From PVC group bacterium (GTDB lineage: Bacteria > Auribacterota > Erginobacteria > Erginobacterales > Erginobacteraceae): a stretch of 64,000 bases of DNA. Shown one piece after another: positions 20,543 through 30,338 of this stretch; position 1 is the first letter of the stretch; every line of letters starts with the position of its first letter. The position numbers and the translations under genes were made by a program. The notes under the pieces are model-generated. The model saw nothing but the letters and a program-made list of their open reading frames with translations, had not been told where the DNA came from and did not search any database. The DNA is taken from assembly GCA_040773245.1 (NCBI GenBank), contig JAXGWO010000004.1, positions 4,290 to 68,289 on the forward strand, given 5' to 3'.

Positions 20543-22634
20543 GAAGAAAAATTTTCTCCTGGAGATCGGGACCGAGGAACTCCCCCCGTCCTTCCTCCAT
20601 CCGGCCCTCGTCCAGCTCCAGGCCTGGGCGGAAGATTTCTCCCCCGGGGTGAAGTCCACGGTCCTGGCGACCCCGCGGCGGCTGGTCCTCTTCCTGGAGG
20701 GGCTTCCCCTCCACCGCGAGGAGACGGTCTTCGGGCCCCCCCTCGAACGGGCCCGGGACGAATCCGGCCGCTGGAACCGGCAGGCGGAAGGGTTCGCCCG
20801 CGGGCGGGGAAAGACCGCCGCCGACCTCGGGACCGGAAGCCGCAACGGCCGGGAGTACTGCCTGCTGACCATCCGGCGCCGGATCGAGGCCGACCTGGCG
20901 GCGGAGATCCCGCCGCTGCTCGGCCGCCTGGCCTTCCCCAAGTCTATGCGCTGGATCACCGGTGATCCCTTCCGCTTCGGCCGCCCGGTTCGCTGGCTGC
21001 TCTGCCTCCTCGGAACCCGGGTCGTCCCGGTGGAGGCGGCGGGGCTGCGGGCCGGACGGGAGACCCGGGGGCTGCGGTTCTTCTCCCCCGGCCGTCTTGA
21101 AGTGCCCCGGGCCGACCTGGGGGAGTTCATCGGGCTGCTCCGGAAGAACTTCGTCCTGGTCGATCCCGCCGAGCGGAGGAGGAAGATCGAGGAGGGACTC
21201 CTCCGCCGGATCCGCCGCCGCTCCCCCGGCGCCGGGAGGGAAGGGATCGATTCCGAACTCCTGGCCGAGGTGGCGGGGCTGGTGGAGTTCCCCCGGGTGA
21301 TCCCGGGCGGCTTCGACCCCCGTTTCGCCTCCCTCCCGCCCGAGGTCCTGGTCACGGTGATGAAGGTCCACCAGCGTTACTTCCCGGTCTTCCTCCCCGG
21401 CGGCGAACCGTCGCCGGAATTTCTCCTGGTCGCCAACGGCCCCTTCCGGAGAATCGCGGCGATCCGGAAGAACAACGAGAGGGTGCTGAAAGCCCGGCTG
21501 GACGACGCCGAGTTCTTCTGGCGGGAGGATTTGAAACGAGCGTTAGCCGACCGGGTGAAGGACCTGGAGGGGATCGTCTTCTACCGGGGACTGGGGACCT
21601 ACCGGGACAAGACCCGGCGGCTGGCTTCCCTGGCCGGAACCATCGTGCGGCGGCTGGGAGCTTCTCCCGGCGAGGTGAAGGACGCCGAGCGGGCCGGCTT
21701 CCTCTCCCGGGCCGACCTCACCACCGCGATGGTGAAGGAGTTCACCGATCTCCAGGGGGTGATGGGGCGGGAGTACGCCCGGCTCCAGGGGGAAGGGGAG
21801 GGGGCGGCCCGGGCCCTGGCCGAGCAGTACCTCCCCCGGCGGGCGGATGACGGGTGCCCCCAGTCCCGGCCCGGGGTCGCCCTCGCCCTGGCCGACCGCC
21901 TCGATACCCTGGCCGCCTTCTTCAGCGGCGGGTTTTCGCCTTCCGGCTCTTCGGATCCCTACGGGGTCCGGCGCCAGGCTCTCGGGGTGGTCCGGATCCT
22001 GGTCGAGCGGGATCTCTCCCTCCCGCTCTCCGAACTGGTGGCCGCGGCGGTTTCCGGCCTGGAGATCCCCGGGGGGAAATCCGCCGGCCTGGCCGCCGCG
22101 ATCCTGGACTTCCTCCGGGGCCGCCTGGAAGCTTACCTGGATGACCGGGACTTCCCCGTCGATATGATCCGGGCGGTCTTCGCCTCCGGCTGGGACGACC
22201 TTCCCGACACCGTGAACCGGATCGGGGTTCTGGAAAAGCTGCGGGGGAGCCGGGAGTTGCTGGCGGCGGCCACGGTGGTCGAGCGGACCGCCAACATCGT
22301 CCGCGGGAGCGCCGTGACCGGGGAGGAGGAGTGGCGGGACGGGCCTTCCGTCCCCCCGGAGGAGAAAGCCCTGGCCCGGGCTTGGGCTGAACGGGCGGAA
22401 GAGATCCGCCGTCTGATCGGGGAGCGGAGCTACGCCAAGGCCACCGGGGAGTACGCCCAGACCTTCTCCCGCCGCCTGAGCGATTTCTTCGACCGGGTCC
22501 TGGTCAACGTGGAGGATGAAAAACAGCGGGAGAACCGGATGATCCTGTTAAAAAAGATCAACCGTGTCTATACTGACCGCCTGGCCGACCTCTCCCTCCT
22601 CCAGTTCGAGAGGGGGGAACACATTCTGGATTAA
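20535..22634 (+). CDS. glyS: Glycine--tRNA ligase beta subunit.
   Basis: 699 aa; starts by overlapping glyQ's stop. Typical GlyS domain content. Confidence 0.9.
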   Translation: MAEKKNFLLEIGTEELPPSFLHPALVQLQAWAEDFSPGVKSTVLATPRRLVLFLEGLPLHREETVFGPPLERARDESGRWNRQAEGFARGRGKTAADLGTGSRNGREYCLLTIRRRIEADLAAEIPPLLGRLAFPKSMRWITGDPFRFGRPVRWLLCLLGTRVVPVEAAGLRAGRETRGLRFFSPGRLEVPRADLGEFIGLLRKNFVLVDPAERRRKIEEGLLRRIRRRSPGAGREGIDSELLAEVAGLVEFPRVIPGGFDPRFASLPPEVLVTVMKVHQRYFPVFLPGGEPSPEFLLVANGPFRRIAAIRKNNERVLKARLDDAEFFWREDLKRALADRVKDLEGIVFYRGLGTYRDKTRRLASLAGTIVRRLGASPGEVKDAERAGFLSRADLTTAMVKEFTDLQGVMGREYARLQGEGEGAARALAEQYLPRRADDGCPQSRPGVALALADRLDTLAAFFSGGFSPSGSSDPYGVRRQALGVVRILVERDLSLPLSELVAAAVSGLEIPGGKSAGLAAAILDFLRGRLEAYLDDRDFPVDMIRAVFASGWDDLPDTVNRIGVLEKLRGSRELLAAATVVERTANIVRGSAVTGEEEWRDGPSVPPEEKALARAWAERAEEIRRLIGERSYAKATGEYAQTFSRRLSDFFDRVLVNVEDEKQRENRMILLKKINRVYTDRLADLSLLQFERGEHILD

Positions 22635-22818
22635 TTTTCGCCTTCGGCGAAAATCTGAAAAACATTCTGGATTCATAATCTCAGGCGTCGCGGCGGGTAC
22701 GATAGACCGCAAACGCAAGAGTTAAATCCACCAGACCTGCAAATAACCAACCGCTCCGGCGCAGCCGGAGCCAATAACTGTTTTCGCCTCCGGCGAAAAC
22801 AGTCAGGAGGAGCAAAAG

Positions 22819-25578
22819 ATGACCAAGTACGTTTACTTCTTCGGCGGCGGCAAGGCGGAGGGAAACCAGAAGATGAAGGCCCTGCTCGGGGGCAAGGGCG
22901 CCAACCTGGCCGAGATGGCCAACGCCGGCCTTCCCGTCCCCCCCGGATTCACCATCAGCACCGAGGCCTGCAACTACTACTCCGCCCACCGGCACACCTA
23001 CCCGAAGGGCCTGGTCGACCAGATCAAGAAGAACCTGGCCCGGCTGGAGAAACTGATGGGGAAGAAACTGGGCGCGGCCCACGATCCCCTGCTGGTCTCG
23101 GTCCGGTCCGGGGCCGCGGTCTCGATGCCGGGGATGATGGACACCGTCCTCAACCTGGGGATGAACGACCGCTCGGTCCTCGGCTTCATCGAGAAGTCGG
23201 GCCACGAGCGGACCGGCTGGGACAGCTACCGCCGGTTCATCGATATGTTCGGCGACGTGGTGATGGGGCCGGCGACCGGCCTGACCCACCACGATTTCGA
23301 GGTCGAGCTCACCCGGATCAAGAAGAAGCACGGGGCGAAGGTTGACACCGATCTCACCGCCGGGCAGCTCAAGGAGCTGGTCGAGGCTTACAAGAAAGTC
23401 TACCGGAAGAAGGTCAAAAAACCTTTCCCGGAGGACCCGATGGAGCAGCTCCTGCTCTCCGTCAACGCCGTCTTCAATTCCTGGGACTCCGAGCGGGCGG
23501 TCAAGTACCGCCAGCTGAACAAGATCGGCGGGCTGAAGGGTACCGGGGTCAACGTCCAGGCGATGGTCTTCGGGAATATGGGCGAGGACTCCGGGACCGG
23601 GGTCGGCTTCACCCGCAACCCGGCCACCGGGGATAAGGAGCCGATGGGGGAGTACCTGGTCAACGCCCAGGGCGAGGACGTGGTGGCCGGGATCCGCAAC
23701 CCCCACCCGATCGCCGATATGCCGAAGGAGAGGAACCAGGTCTGGAAACGGGTCCACCGGGAACTGACGGCGATTATGCGTAAACTGGAGGAGCATTACC
23801 GCGAGACCCAGGACGTGGAGTTCACCATCCAGGAAGGCAGGCTCTTTATGCTCCAGACCCGGACCGGGAAACGGACCGGGCTGGCGGCGGTCAAGATCGC
23901 TTGCGATATGGTCCGGGAGAAGCTGATCACCCCCCGCGAGGCGGTCAGCCGGATCGAGGGCGATCACCTGGCCCAGCTCCTCTTCCCGATCTTCAGCCCC
24001 CGGGACGAGGAGGCCGCCCGGAAGAAGGGCCTGGATCAGGCCTACGGCCTCCCTGCCGGCCCCGGGGCCGCCGCCGGCAGGGTGGTCTTCACCGCCGCCG
24101 AGGCGGAGAAGATCTTCAACCGCGACCCTTCCTCCCGCCTGATCCTGGTCCGGCACGAGACCAGCCCCGAAGACGTCGGCGGGATGTGGTCGGCCCGGGG
24201 GGTCCTGACCAGCACCGGCGGGATGACCAGCCACGCGGCGGTAGTGGCCCGGGGCTGGGGGAAGTGCTGCGTGGCCGGGGCCGGGGCGGTGACGATCGAT
24301 TACGCCAAGCGGCAGTTCACGATCGGCAAGCTCACCGTCAGGGAGGGGCAGTACATCAGCCTCAACGGTTCGACCGGGGCGATCTTCTGCGATCACCGCC
24401 GGGACGTCGATATCCCGACCACCGCTTCGCCGGTGGTGGCGGCGGTGGTCGACGGGGCGGCCTGGGCGAAGAAACACCCGATCTACCGGATGTACCACCG
24501 GGTCAGTTCCTGGGCGGACGAATTCCGGAAGATGGGGGTGAGGACCAACGCCGACACCCCGGCCGACGCGGCCGCCGCCCGGGCCTTCGGGGCCGAGGGG
24601 ATCGGGCTCTGCCGGACCGAGCATATGTTCTTCGAGAGCGACCGGATCCTGGCCGTCCGGGAGTTCATCCTGGCCGATGACTCGGCCAGCCGCCGGAAGG
24701 CCCTGAGGAAGCTGCTGCCCTACCAGCGCAAGGATTTCCAAGGAATCTTCAAGGCGATGAAGGGCCTGCCGGTCACCATCCGGCTCCTCGATCCGCCGCT
24801 CCACGAGTTCGTCCCCCACGGGGCGAAGGAGCAGGCGGAGGTGGCCCGGGCCCTCCGGGTCCCGCTGAAGAAGGTCCGGGACCGGGTCCTGGCCCTGCGG
24901 GAGATGAACCCGATGCTCGGCCACCGCGGCTGCCGGCTCTCCATCTCCTACCCGGAGCTCTGCCGGATGCAGACCCGGGCGATCATCGAGGCCGCCTGCC
25001 AGGTGGCCGGGAAGGGGATAACCGTCCTGCCGGAGATTATGATTCCCCTGATCGGAACTCCGGAAGAGTTCAATTTCCTCGAGGAGATCATCCGGCAGGT
25101 CGCCGATGAGATCATCCGGGAGAGGCAGGCGAAAGTGAAATACCTGGTGGGGACGATGATCGAGATCCCCCGGGCCTGCCTGGTCGCCGGCGAGATCGCC
25201 CGGCGGGCGGAGTTCTTCAGCTTCGGGACCAACGACCTGACCCAGATGACCTTCGGTTACAGCCGCGACGACGCCGGGGTCTTTCTCCCCGATTACCTGG
25301 AGAAGAAGATCCTCCCCTCCGACCCGTTCGGGGCCCTGGACCAGGTCGGGGTCGGCCGCCTGGTCGAGCTGGGGATCCAGGAGGGCCGTTCCGTCCGCAA
25401 GGCCCTCAAGGTCGGGATCTGCGGCGAGCACGGCGGCGAGCCGAGCTCGGTGAAATTCTGCTACCGGGCGGGGATGAACTACGTCAGCTGCTCCCCCTAC
25501 CGGGTTCCGATCGCCCGCCTGGCCGCGGCGCAGGAAGCGATCGCGGAGGAGGAGAACAAGAAGGCGAAAACCAAGTAA
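22819..25578 (+). CDS. ppdK: Pyruvate, phosphate dikinase.
   Basis: 919 aa. N-terminal GGKGANLAEM, phosphohistidine domain GGMTSHAAVVARGWG and a PEP-utilising C-domain. Confidence 0.95.
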   Translation: MTKYVYFFGGGKAEGNQKMKALLGGKGANLAEMANAGLPVPPGFTISTEACNYYSAHRHTYPKGLVDQIKKNLARLEKLMGKKLGAAHDPLLVSVRSGAAVSMPGMMDTVLNLGMNDRSVLGFIEKSGHERTGWDSYRRFIDMFGDVVMGPATGLTHHDFEVELTRIKKKHGAKVDTDLTAGQLKELVEAYKKVYRKKVKKPFPEDPMEQLLLSVNAVFNSWDSERAVKYRQLNKIGGLKGTGVNVQAMVFGNMGEDSGTGVGFTRNPATGDKEPMGEYLVNAQGEDVVAGIRNPHPIADMPKERNQVWKRVHRELTAIMRKLEEHYRETQDVEFTIQEGRLFMLQTRTGKRTGLAAVKIACDMVREKLITPREAVSRIEGDHLAQLLFPIFSPRDEEAARKKGLDQAYGLPAGPGAAAGRVVFTAAEAEKIFNRDPSSRLILVRHETSPEDVGGMWSARGVLTSTGGMTSHAAVVARGWGKCCVAGAGAVTIDYAKRQFTIGKLTVREGQYISLNGSTGAIFCDHRRDVDIPTTASPVVAAVVDGAAWAKKHPIYRMYHRVSSWADEFRKMGVRTNADTPADAAAARAFGAEGIGLCRTEHMFFESDRILAVREFILADDSASRRKALRKLLPYQRKDFQGIFKAMKGLPVTIRLLDPPLHEFVPHGAKEQAEVARALRVPLKKVRDRVLALREMNPMLGHRGCRLSISYPELCRMQTRAIIEAACQVAGKGITVLPEIMIPLIGTPEEFNFLEEIIRQVADEIIRERQAKVKYLVGTMIEIPRACLVAGEIARRAEFFSFGTNDLTQMTFGYSRDDAGVFLPDYLEKKILPSDPFGALDQVGVGRLVELGIQEGRSVRKALKVGICGEHGGEPSSVKFCYRAGMNYVSCSPYRVPIARLAAAQEAIAEEENKKAKTK

Positions 25579-25660
25579 TCATCCACCCCAACCCGTACTC
25601 GCCCTTGTACTTGAGTCCCAGCGGGGGCTTTCGAGTACGAGTTGGAAGCACGATCATCGT

Positions 25661-26530
25661 ATGGCATCTTCACCATCCCAAGACCAGAAGGGTAAGATCC
25701 TCGACCGGCAGATCCAGGCGCTGAAGATCTACCTCCGGGAGATCGGGGAGTTCCCTCTCCTGACCCTGGAGGAGGAGAAGAAACTGGCCGCCCGCCTAAC
25801 CGAGGGCGACGAGGAGGCCCGCAAGGAGCTGATCCGTTCCAACCTGCGCCTGGTGGTGAAGATCGCCAAGAAATACGAGCACCTGGGGCTGCCCCTGCTC
25901 GATTTGATCGAGGAGGGCAACCTCGGCCTGATGAAGGGGGTCGAGCGGTACAACAGCGCCAAGGGCGCCAAGCTCAGCACTTACGCCGCCTGGTGGATCA
26001 AGCAGTCGATTATGCGGGCCCTGGCCAACAAGGGGAAGATGATCCGGATCCCGGTGTATATGCAGGAGAAGGTCAACACCTACCGGAAAAAGGTGGAGAA
26101 ACTCGGGCAGAAGTTCGGCCGCACCCCGACCGAGGGGGAGATCGCCGAGAATCTGGGGATGACCCGGGAGGAGATCGACCACCTGGCCAAGGTGGCCCAG
26201 ATCCCCAGCTCGCTCGATGCCTCGATCGACCGGGACGGGGTGAGCAAGCTAGCCGACCTGGTCCAGGATAACGACTTGGTCCCTCCCGACCAGGCCGTCG
26301 ATACCGCCGATCTTCACCGGGACCTCCTGGAGCTGATCGAGGAACTCCCGGGTCGGGAGAAGGCGATTCTCAAGGTCAGGTTCGGATTGGAGGGCAAGAC
26401 CCCCCGGACCCTCTCGGCGATCGGGGAGAAGTTCGGAATCAGCCGGGAACGGGTCAGGCAGATCATCAACCAGGCGACCCGGAGACTGCACCAGGTCATC
26501 CAGGAACGCAATCTGGATATGAACGAATAA
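25661..26530 (+). CDS. Sigma-70 family RNA polymerase sigma factor, compact RpoD/RpoS-like with regions 2-4.
   Basis: Region 2 IRSNLRLVVKIAKKY...YAAWWIKQ and a region 4 HTH at the C-terminus. 289 aa. Confidence 0.85.
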   Translation: MASSPSQDQKGKILDRQIQALKIYLREIGEFPLLTLEEEKKLAARLTEGDEEARKELIRSNLRLVVKIAKKYEHLGLPLLDLIEEGNLGLMKGVERYNSAKGAKLSTYAAWWIKQSIMRALANKGKMIRIPVYMQEKVNTYRKKVEKLGQKFGRTPTEGEIAENLGMTREEIDHLAKVAQIPSSLDASIDRDGVSKLADLVQDNDLVPPDQAVDTADLHRDLLELIEELPGREKAILKVRFGLEGKTPRTLSAIGEKFGISRERVRQIINQATRRLHQVIQERNLDMNE

Positions 26531-26576
26531 AGCGAAGCGCCGGCCAACCCGGTTGATTTCGCAAGGAGGAAAGCCG

Positions 26577-27098
26577 ATGAGCATAGCGGATTTAACCAAG
26601 GCCATCCGGGATATCCCCGACTTCCCGGCCCCGGGGGTGATCTTCAAGGATATCACCACCCTGCTCAAGGAAGGGAAACTCTTCCGGGAAGCGGTCGATC
26701 TGATGGCCGGGGAGTTTATCGGGAAGAAGATCGACCTGGTGGTCTGCGTGGAGGCCCGGGGATTCATCTTCGGTTCCGCCCTGGCCTACAAGCTGGGGGC
26801 GGGGGTGGTCCCGGTCCGGAAGGAAGGGAAACTTCCCCACCGGACCCGGAAGATCGGCTATGCCCTGGAGTACGGGACGGCCACGGTGGAGATCCACGAG
26901 GACGCCATCGCCAAAGGCCGCCGGGTCCTGATCGTTGACGACCTCCTCGCCACCGGGGGGACCCTGGCGGCGGCGGTCGACCTGGTCCGGGGTCTGGGGG
27001 GCCAGGTCGAAGCGGTCGCGGTGCTGATCGAGCTCGATTTTCTCCAGGGGCGGGAGAAACTGAAAGACGTCCCGATCTTCTCCCTGATCCATTATTAA
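26577..27098 (+). CDS. apt: Adenine phosphoribosyltransferase.
   Basis: PRPP-binding LIVDDLLATGGT motif. ATG at 26577 (MSIADL). Confidence 0.9.
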   Translation: MSIADLTKAIRDIPDFPAPGVIFKDITTLLKEGKLFREAVDLMAGEFIGKKIDLVVCVEARGFIFGSALAYKLGAGVVPVRKEGKLPHRTRKIGYALEYGTATVEIHEDAIAKGRRVLIVDDLLATGGTLAAAVDLVRGLGGQVEAVAVLIELDFLQGREKLKDVPIFSLIHY

Positions 27099-27130
27099 TC
27101 CCCATCGTCTCGGGATTCATCATAATCTCT

Positions 27131-27160
27131 ACCGGGATCGCTATCGCTATCGGGATCGAA
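27131..27160. repeat. Hexamer-family repeat fragment.
   Basis: ACCGGGATCGCTATCGCTATCGGGATCGAAC between apt and the phosphomutase. Confidence 0.6.
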
Positions 27161-27211
27161 CGGTTTCTGACCCCCGCGGCCTTCCGCCGCGGGTGAATGA
27201 GTTCAAAAGCT

Positions 27212-28546
27212 ATGGGGATCTTCAAAGCCTACGATGTTAGGGGGGTGGTCCCCGAGGACTTCAACGAGGAGATCGCCTGCCGGGTCGGCAACGCTTTCGC
27301 CCGCTTCCTCCAGGCGAAAACCATCGTGGTCGGGCGGGATATGCGGCTCAGTTCGCCGGAGATCGCCGCCGCCGCCCGGCGGGGGATCCGGGATGCCGGC
27401 GCGGACGTGGTCGATATCGGGCTCTGCTCGACCCCCGCGCTCTACTTCGCCGACGGAAAGGGGGGGTACAGCGGGGCCCTGATGGTGACCGCTTCCCACA
27501 ACCCCGCCCGTTACAACGGGCTGAAGTTCTGCCGTGAGGATGCCATCCCCCTGAGCTACGAGACGGGGATCGGGGAGATCGAGGAGATCTTCCGCCGGGG
27601 GGAGGTCTTCCGGGCCCCGCGGGCCGGAAAAGAGAGCGCGGACGACATCACCGGGCGGTACCTGGAACACGTCCTGAGTTTTTCCCAGTACATCCGCCCC
27701 CTGACCGTCGCCGTTGACGGGGGCAACGGGATGGCGGGAAAGTACCTGCCCCTGCTCTTCGAGCGGCTGCCCTGCCGGCTGGTCCCGCTCTACCTCGAGC
27801 CGGACGGCCGCTTCCCCCACCACGAGGCCGACCCGCTCAAGGAGGAGAACCTGGCCGATCTCAAACGGCTGGTGGTGGCCAATGGCGCCGACCTGGGGGC
27901 GGCCTTCGACGGCGACGGCGACCGGATCGCCTTCGTCGACGAGACGGGGCGGACCATCTCCAACGACCTGACCACCGCCCTGATCGCCCGGGAGACCCTG
28001 GAGCGCCGCCCCGGCTCGACCGTGATCTACGACCTGAGGTCCTCCCAGGTCGTCCCCGAGGAGATCGAGCGGGCGGGGGGGAAGGCCCTGGAGTCCCGGG
28101 TCGGCCACTCCTACATCAAGGCCCTGATGCGGGAGGAGGACGCGGTCTTCGCCGGGGAGCTCTCCGGCCACTACTACTTCCGGGCCAACTTCTTCGCCGA
28201 CAACGCCGAGATCGCCCTGGTCAAGATGCTCAACCTGCTCAGCTCCCGCTCCGAGCCGCTCTCGAAGATCGTCGCGCCGCTGCGGAGATACTCCGCCACC
28301 GGGGAGATCAACTTCCCCGTTGACGACCCGGACGGGAAGATCGAGGCCCTGGCCGAGGAGTTCTCCGACGGGGAAGTTTATTTTCTCGACGGGGTCTCGG
28401 TCCGCTGGCCCGGCCGCTGGTTCAACGTCCGCAAGTCGAACACCGAGCCGCTGCTCCGCCTCAACCTGGAGGCCCCCACCGCGGCCGAGCGGGACGCGCT
28501 GCGGGAGAAGGTGGAGCGGGTGATCAGGGGAGGGAGTGGGCAGTAG
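27212..28546 (+). CDS. Phosphomannomutase/phosphoglucomutase-family enzyme.
   Basis: Active-site TASHNPARYNG loop and four alpha-D-phosphohexomutase domains. Confidence 0.85.
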   Translation: MGIFKAYDVRGVVPEDFNEEIACRVGNAFARFLQAKTIVVGRDMRLSSPEIAAAARRGIRDAGADVVDIGLCSTPALYFADGKGGYSGALMVTASHNPARYNGLKFCREDAIPLSYETGIGEIEEIFRRGEVFRAPRAGKESADDITGRYLEHVLSFSQYIRPLTVAVDGGNGMAGKYLPLLFERLPCRLVPLYLEPDGRFPHHEADPLKEENLADLKRLVVANGADLGAAFDGDGDRIAFVDETGRTISNDLTTALIARETLERRPGSTVIYDLRSSQVVPEEIERAGGKALESRVGHSYIKALMREEDAVFAGELSGHYYFRANFFADNAEIALVKMLNLLSSRSEPLSKIVAPLRRYSATGEINFPVDDPDGKIEALAEEFSDGEVYFLDGVSVRWPGRWFNVRKSNTEPLLRLNLEAPTAAERDALREKVERVIRGGSGQ

Positions 28547-28576
28547 GCAGTGGGCAGTGGGCAACAGGCAGTTATG
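28532..28576. repeat. Heptamer-family repeat array, GGGCAGT x5.
   Basis: GGGAGTGGGCAGTAGGCAGTGGGCAGTGGGCAACAGGCAGT spanning the phosphomutase stop and uppP start. Confidence 0.7.
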
Positions 28577-29383
28577 ACGGCGATAGAAGCGATCATACTC
28601 GGGGTGGTCCAGGGGCTGACCGAGTTCCTCCCCGTCTCCAGTTCCGGCCACCTGGTCCTGGCCGAGCGGCTGCTCGGGGTGACCGGGGAGAACCTCCGCT
28701 TCATCGTCGCCGTCCACCTGGGGACCCTGCTGGCGGTGCTGGCCGTCTATCGGGCCCAGGCTGCCCGTCTGCTGGCGGGAGCCTTCTCCGGGCGGATCCG
28801 CCGGGTCAACGGCCGGTGGCGTTTCTCCAATCCCGACACCCGGCTCTTCCTCCTCCTGGCCGTCGCCACCGTCCCGGCGGTGCTCTTCGGTTTGCTGGCC
28901 GGTGGGTGGATCAGGGAGGCCTTCGCCCAACCCCGGGTGGTCGGTCTGGCCCTGCTGGTAACCGGGGCTGTTCTCTTCGGCCTGAGGTTCGCCGGGGACC
29001 GGGCGGGACAACCGACATTTCTCCGGTCCCTCATCGTCGGAATTGCCCAGGCGCTGGCGATCTTCCCCGGGGTCTCCCGCTCGGGTGTGACCATCTCGGC
29101 GGGGATCTACTCCGGGATCGAGCGGACCCGGGCCGCCGACTTCTCCTTCCTCCTCTCGATCCCAATCATCCTCGGCGCCGGGCTCTATGAACTGAGGGGG
29201 GTGGCCGGCGAAGGGATCCCCCGCACCGAGGTTGTGACCCTGCTGGCCGGCGTGCTGACCGCTGCCCTCTCGGGATACCTGGCGATTAAATTTCTCCTCC
29301 GGGTGATCAAGAAGAGGGGACTCCATTACTTCGCCTGGTACTGCTGGCTGGCCGGTCTGGCCATCCTGCTGTTGATCCGGTAG
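28574..29383 (+). CDS. uppP: Undecaprenyl-diphosphatase.
   Basis: GLTEFLPVSSSGHL motif. Start ATG at 28574, just past the heptamer repeat array. Confidence 0.9.
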   Translation: MTAIEAIILGVVQGLTEFLPVSSSGHLVLAERLLGVTGENLRFIVAVHLGTLLAVLAVYRAQAARLLAGAFSGRIRRVNGRWRFSNPDTRLFLLLAVATVPAVLFGLLAGGWIREAFAQPRVVGLALLVTGAVLFGLRFAGDRAGQPTFLRSLIVGIAQALAIFPGVSRSGVTISAGIYSGIERTRAADFSFLLSIPIILGAGLYELRGVAGEGIPRTEVVTLLAGVLTAALSGYLAIKFLLRVIKKRGLHYFAWYCWLAGLAILLLIR

Positions 29384-29402
29384 CGCGGGGACCGGAACGC
29401 TG

Positions 29403-30284
29403 ATGAGAGAACATCCCCGGCCGTTGTTGGAAGCTTCCCTCCCGGGAGTCCCGCTCTTCGACCGGGGCAAGGTCCGGGACGTCTTCGCCGCCGGGAACGA
29501 CGTCCTGGTCGTGACCACCGACCGGGTCTTCCTCTTCGAGCAGGTCTGGCCGCAGGGGCTGGCCGGGAAGGGGGAGGTGCTGACCGCCCTGACGCTCCGC
29601 ACCTTCGAGGAGGTCCGCGGCCTGGTCCCCAACTATGTCGTCACCTCCCGGATCGAGGAGTATCCGGAGCCGTTCAACCGCTTCCCCGAAATTCTCTCCG
29701 GCCGGAGTTACCTTACCGCCAAGGTCGATCCGATCCGGGTGGAGTGCGTGATCCGGGGTTACCTCTATGGCCAGGCCTGGAAGGCCTACGAGGAGGGTGA
29801 CCGCTCCTGGCTCCCCGCCATCCCCTCGGGTCTGAGCCTGGCGGAGGAACTCCCCCGGCCCGTCTTCACCCCGGCCCGGAAGAACCGGCAGGGGGACGAC
29901 GAGAACCTCGGCCGGGACGGCCTGGTTGAGATGCTGGGGGAGGGGAGGGCGGACGAACTGAAAAGCCTCTCCCTGGCGATTTACGGCCGGATGCGGGAGG
30001 TCTTCGCCCGGTCCGGTTTCATCCTCGCCGACAGCAAGTTCGAGTTCGGGGAGAAGGACGGCCGGCTGCTGCTGATCAACGAGGCCTGCACCCCCGACTC
30101 CTCCCGGATCTGGAAGGCAGCCCGCCACCGCCCCGGCCGGGCCCAGGACCCCTGGGACAAGGAGATCCTCCAGGATTACCTGACGGCCGGAAGATGGTCG
30201 CCGGGCGATCCCTTCATACCCCTCCCTGCAGGCTTGCTCTCTGAAGCCGTCCGCCGCTTCCGGGAACTCCTGGTCGGCATCTGA
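29403..30284 (+). CDS. purC: Phosphoribosylaminoimidazole-succinocarboxamide synthase.
   Basis: SAICAR synthetase motifs GKVRDVF, ECVIRGYLYG and LADSKFEFG. Confidence 0.8.
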   Translation: MREHPRPLLEASLPGVPLFDRGKVRDVFAAGNDVLVVTTDRVFLFEQVWPQGLAGKGEVLTALTLRTFEEVRGLVPNYVVTSRIEEYPEPFNRFPEILSGRSYLTAKVDPIRVECVIRGYLYGQAWKAYEEGDRSWLPAIPSGLSLAEELPRPVFTPARKNRQGDDENLGRDGLVEMLGEGRADELKSLSLAIYGRMREVFARSGFILADSKFEFGEKDGRLLLINEACTPDSSRIWKAARHRPGRAQDPWDKEILQDYLTAGRWSPGDPFIPLPAGLLSEAVRRFRELLVGI

Positions 30285-30338
30285 CCGGCGGGCCAGGACT
30301 CCCAGTCTCTGCCCGGAACTTATTTGCTCTTATTACCG

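Noticed and set aside
27203-29632. 809-aa minus-strand ORF antisense to the phosphomutase and uppP.
   Set aside because: Low-complexity G/P/D/E-rich product. Overlaps two well-supported plus-strand genes.
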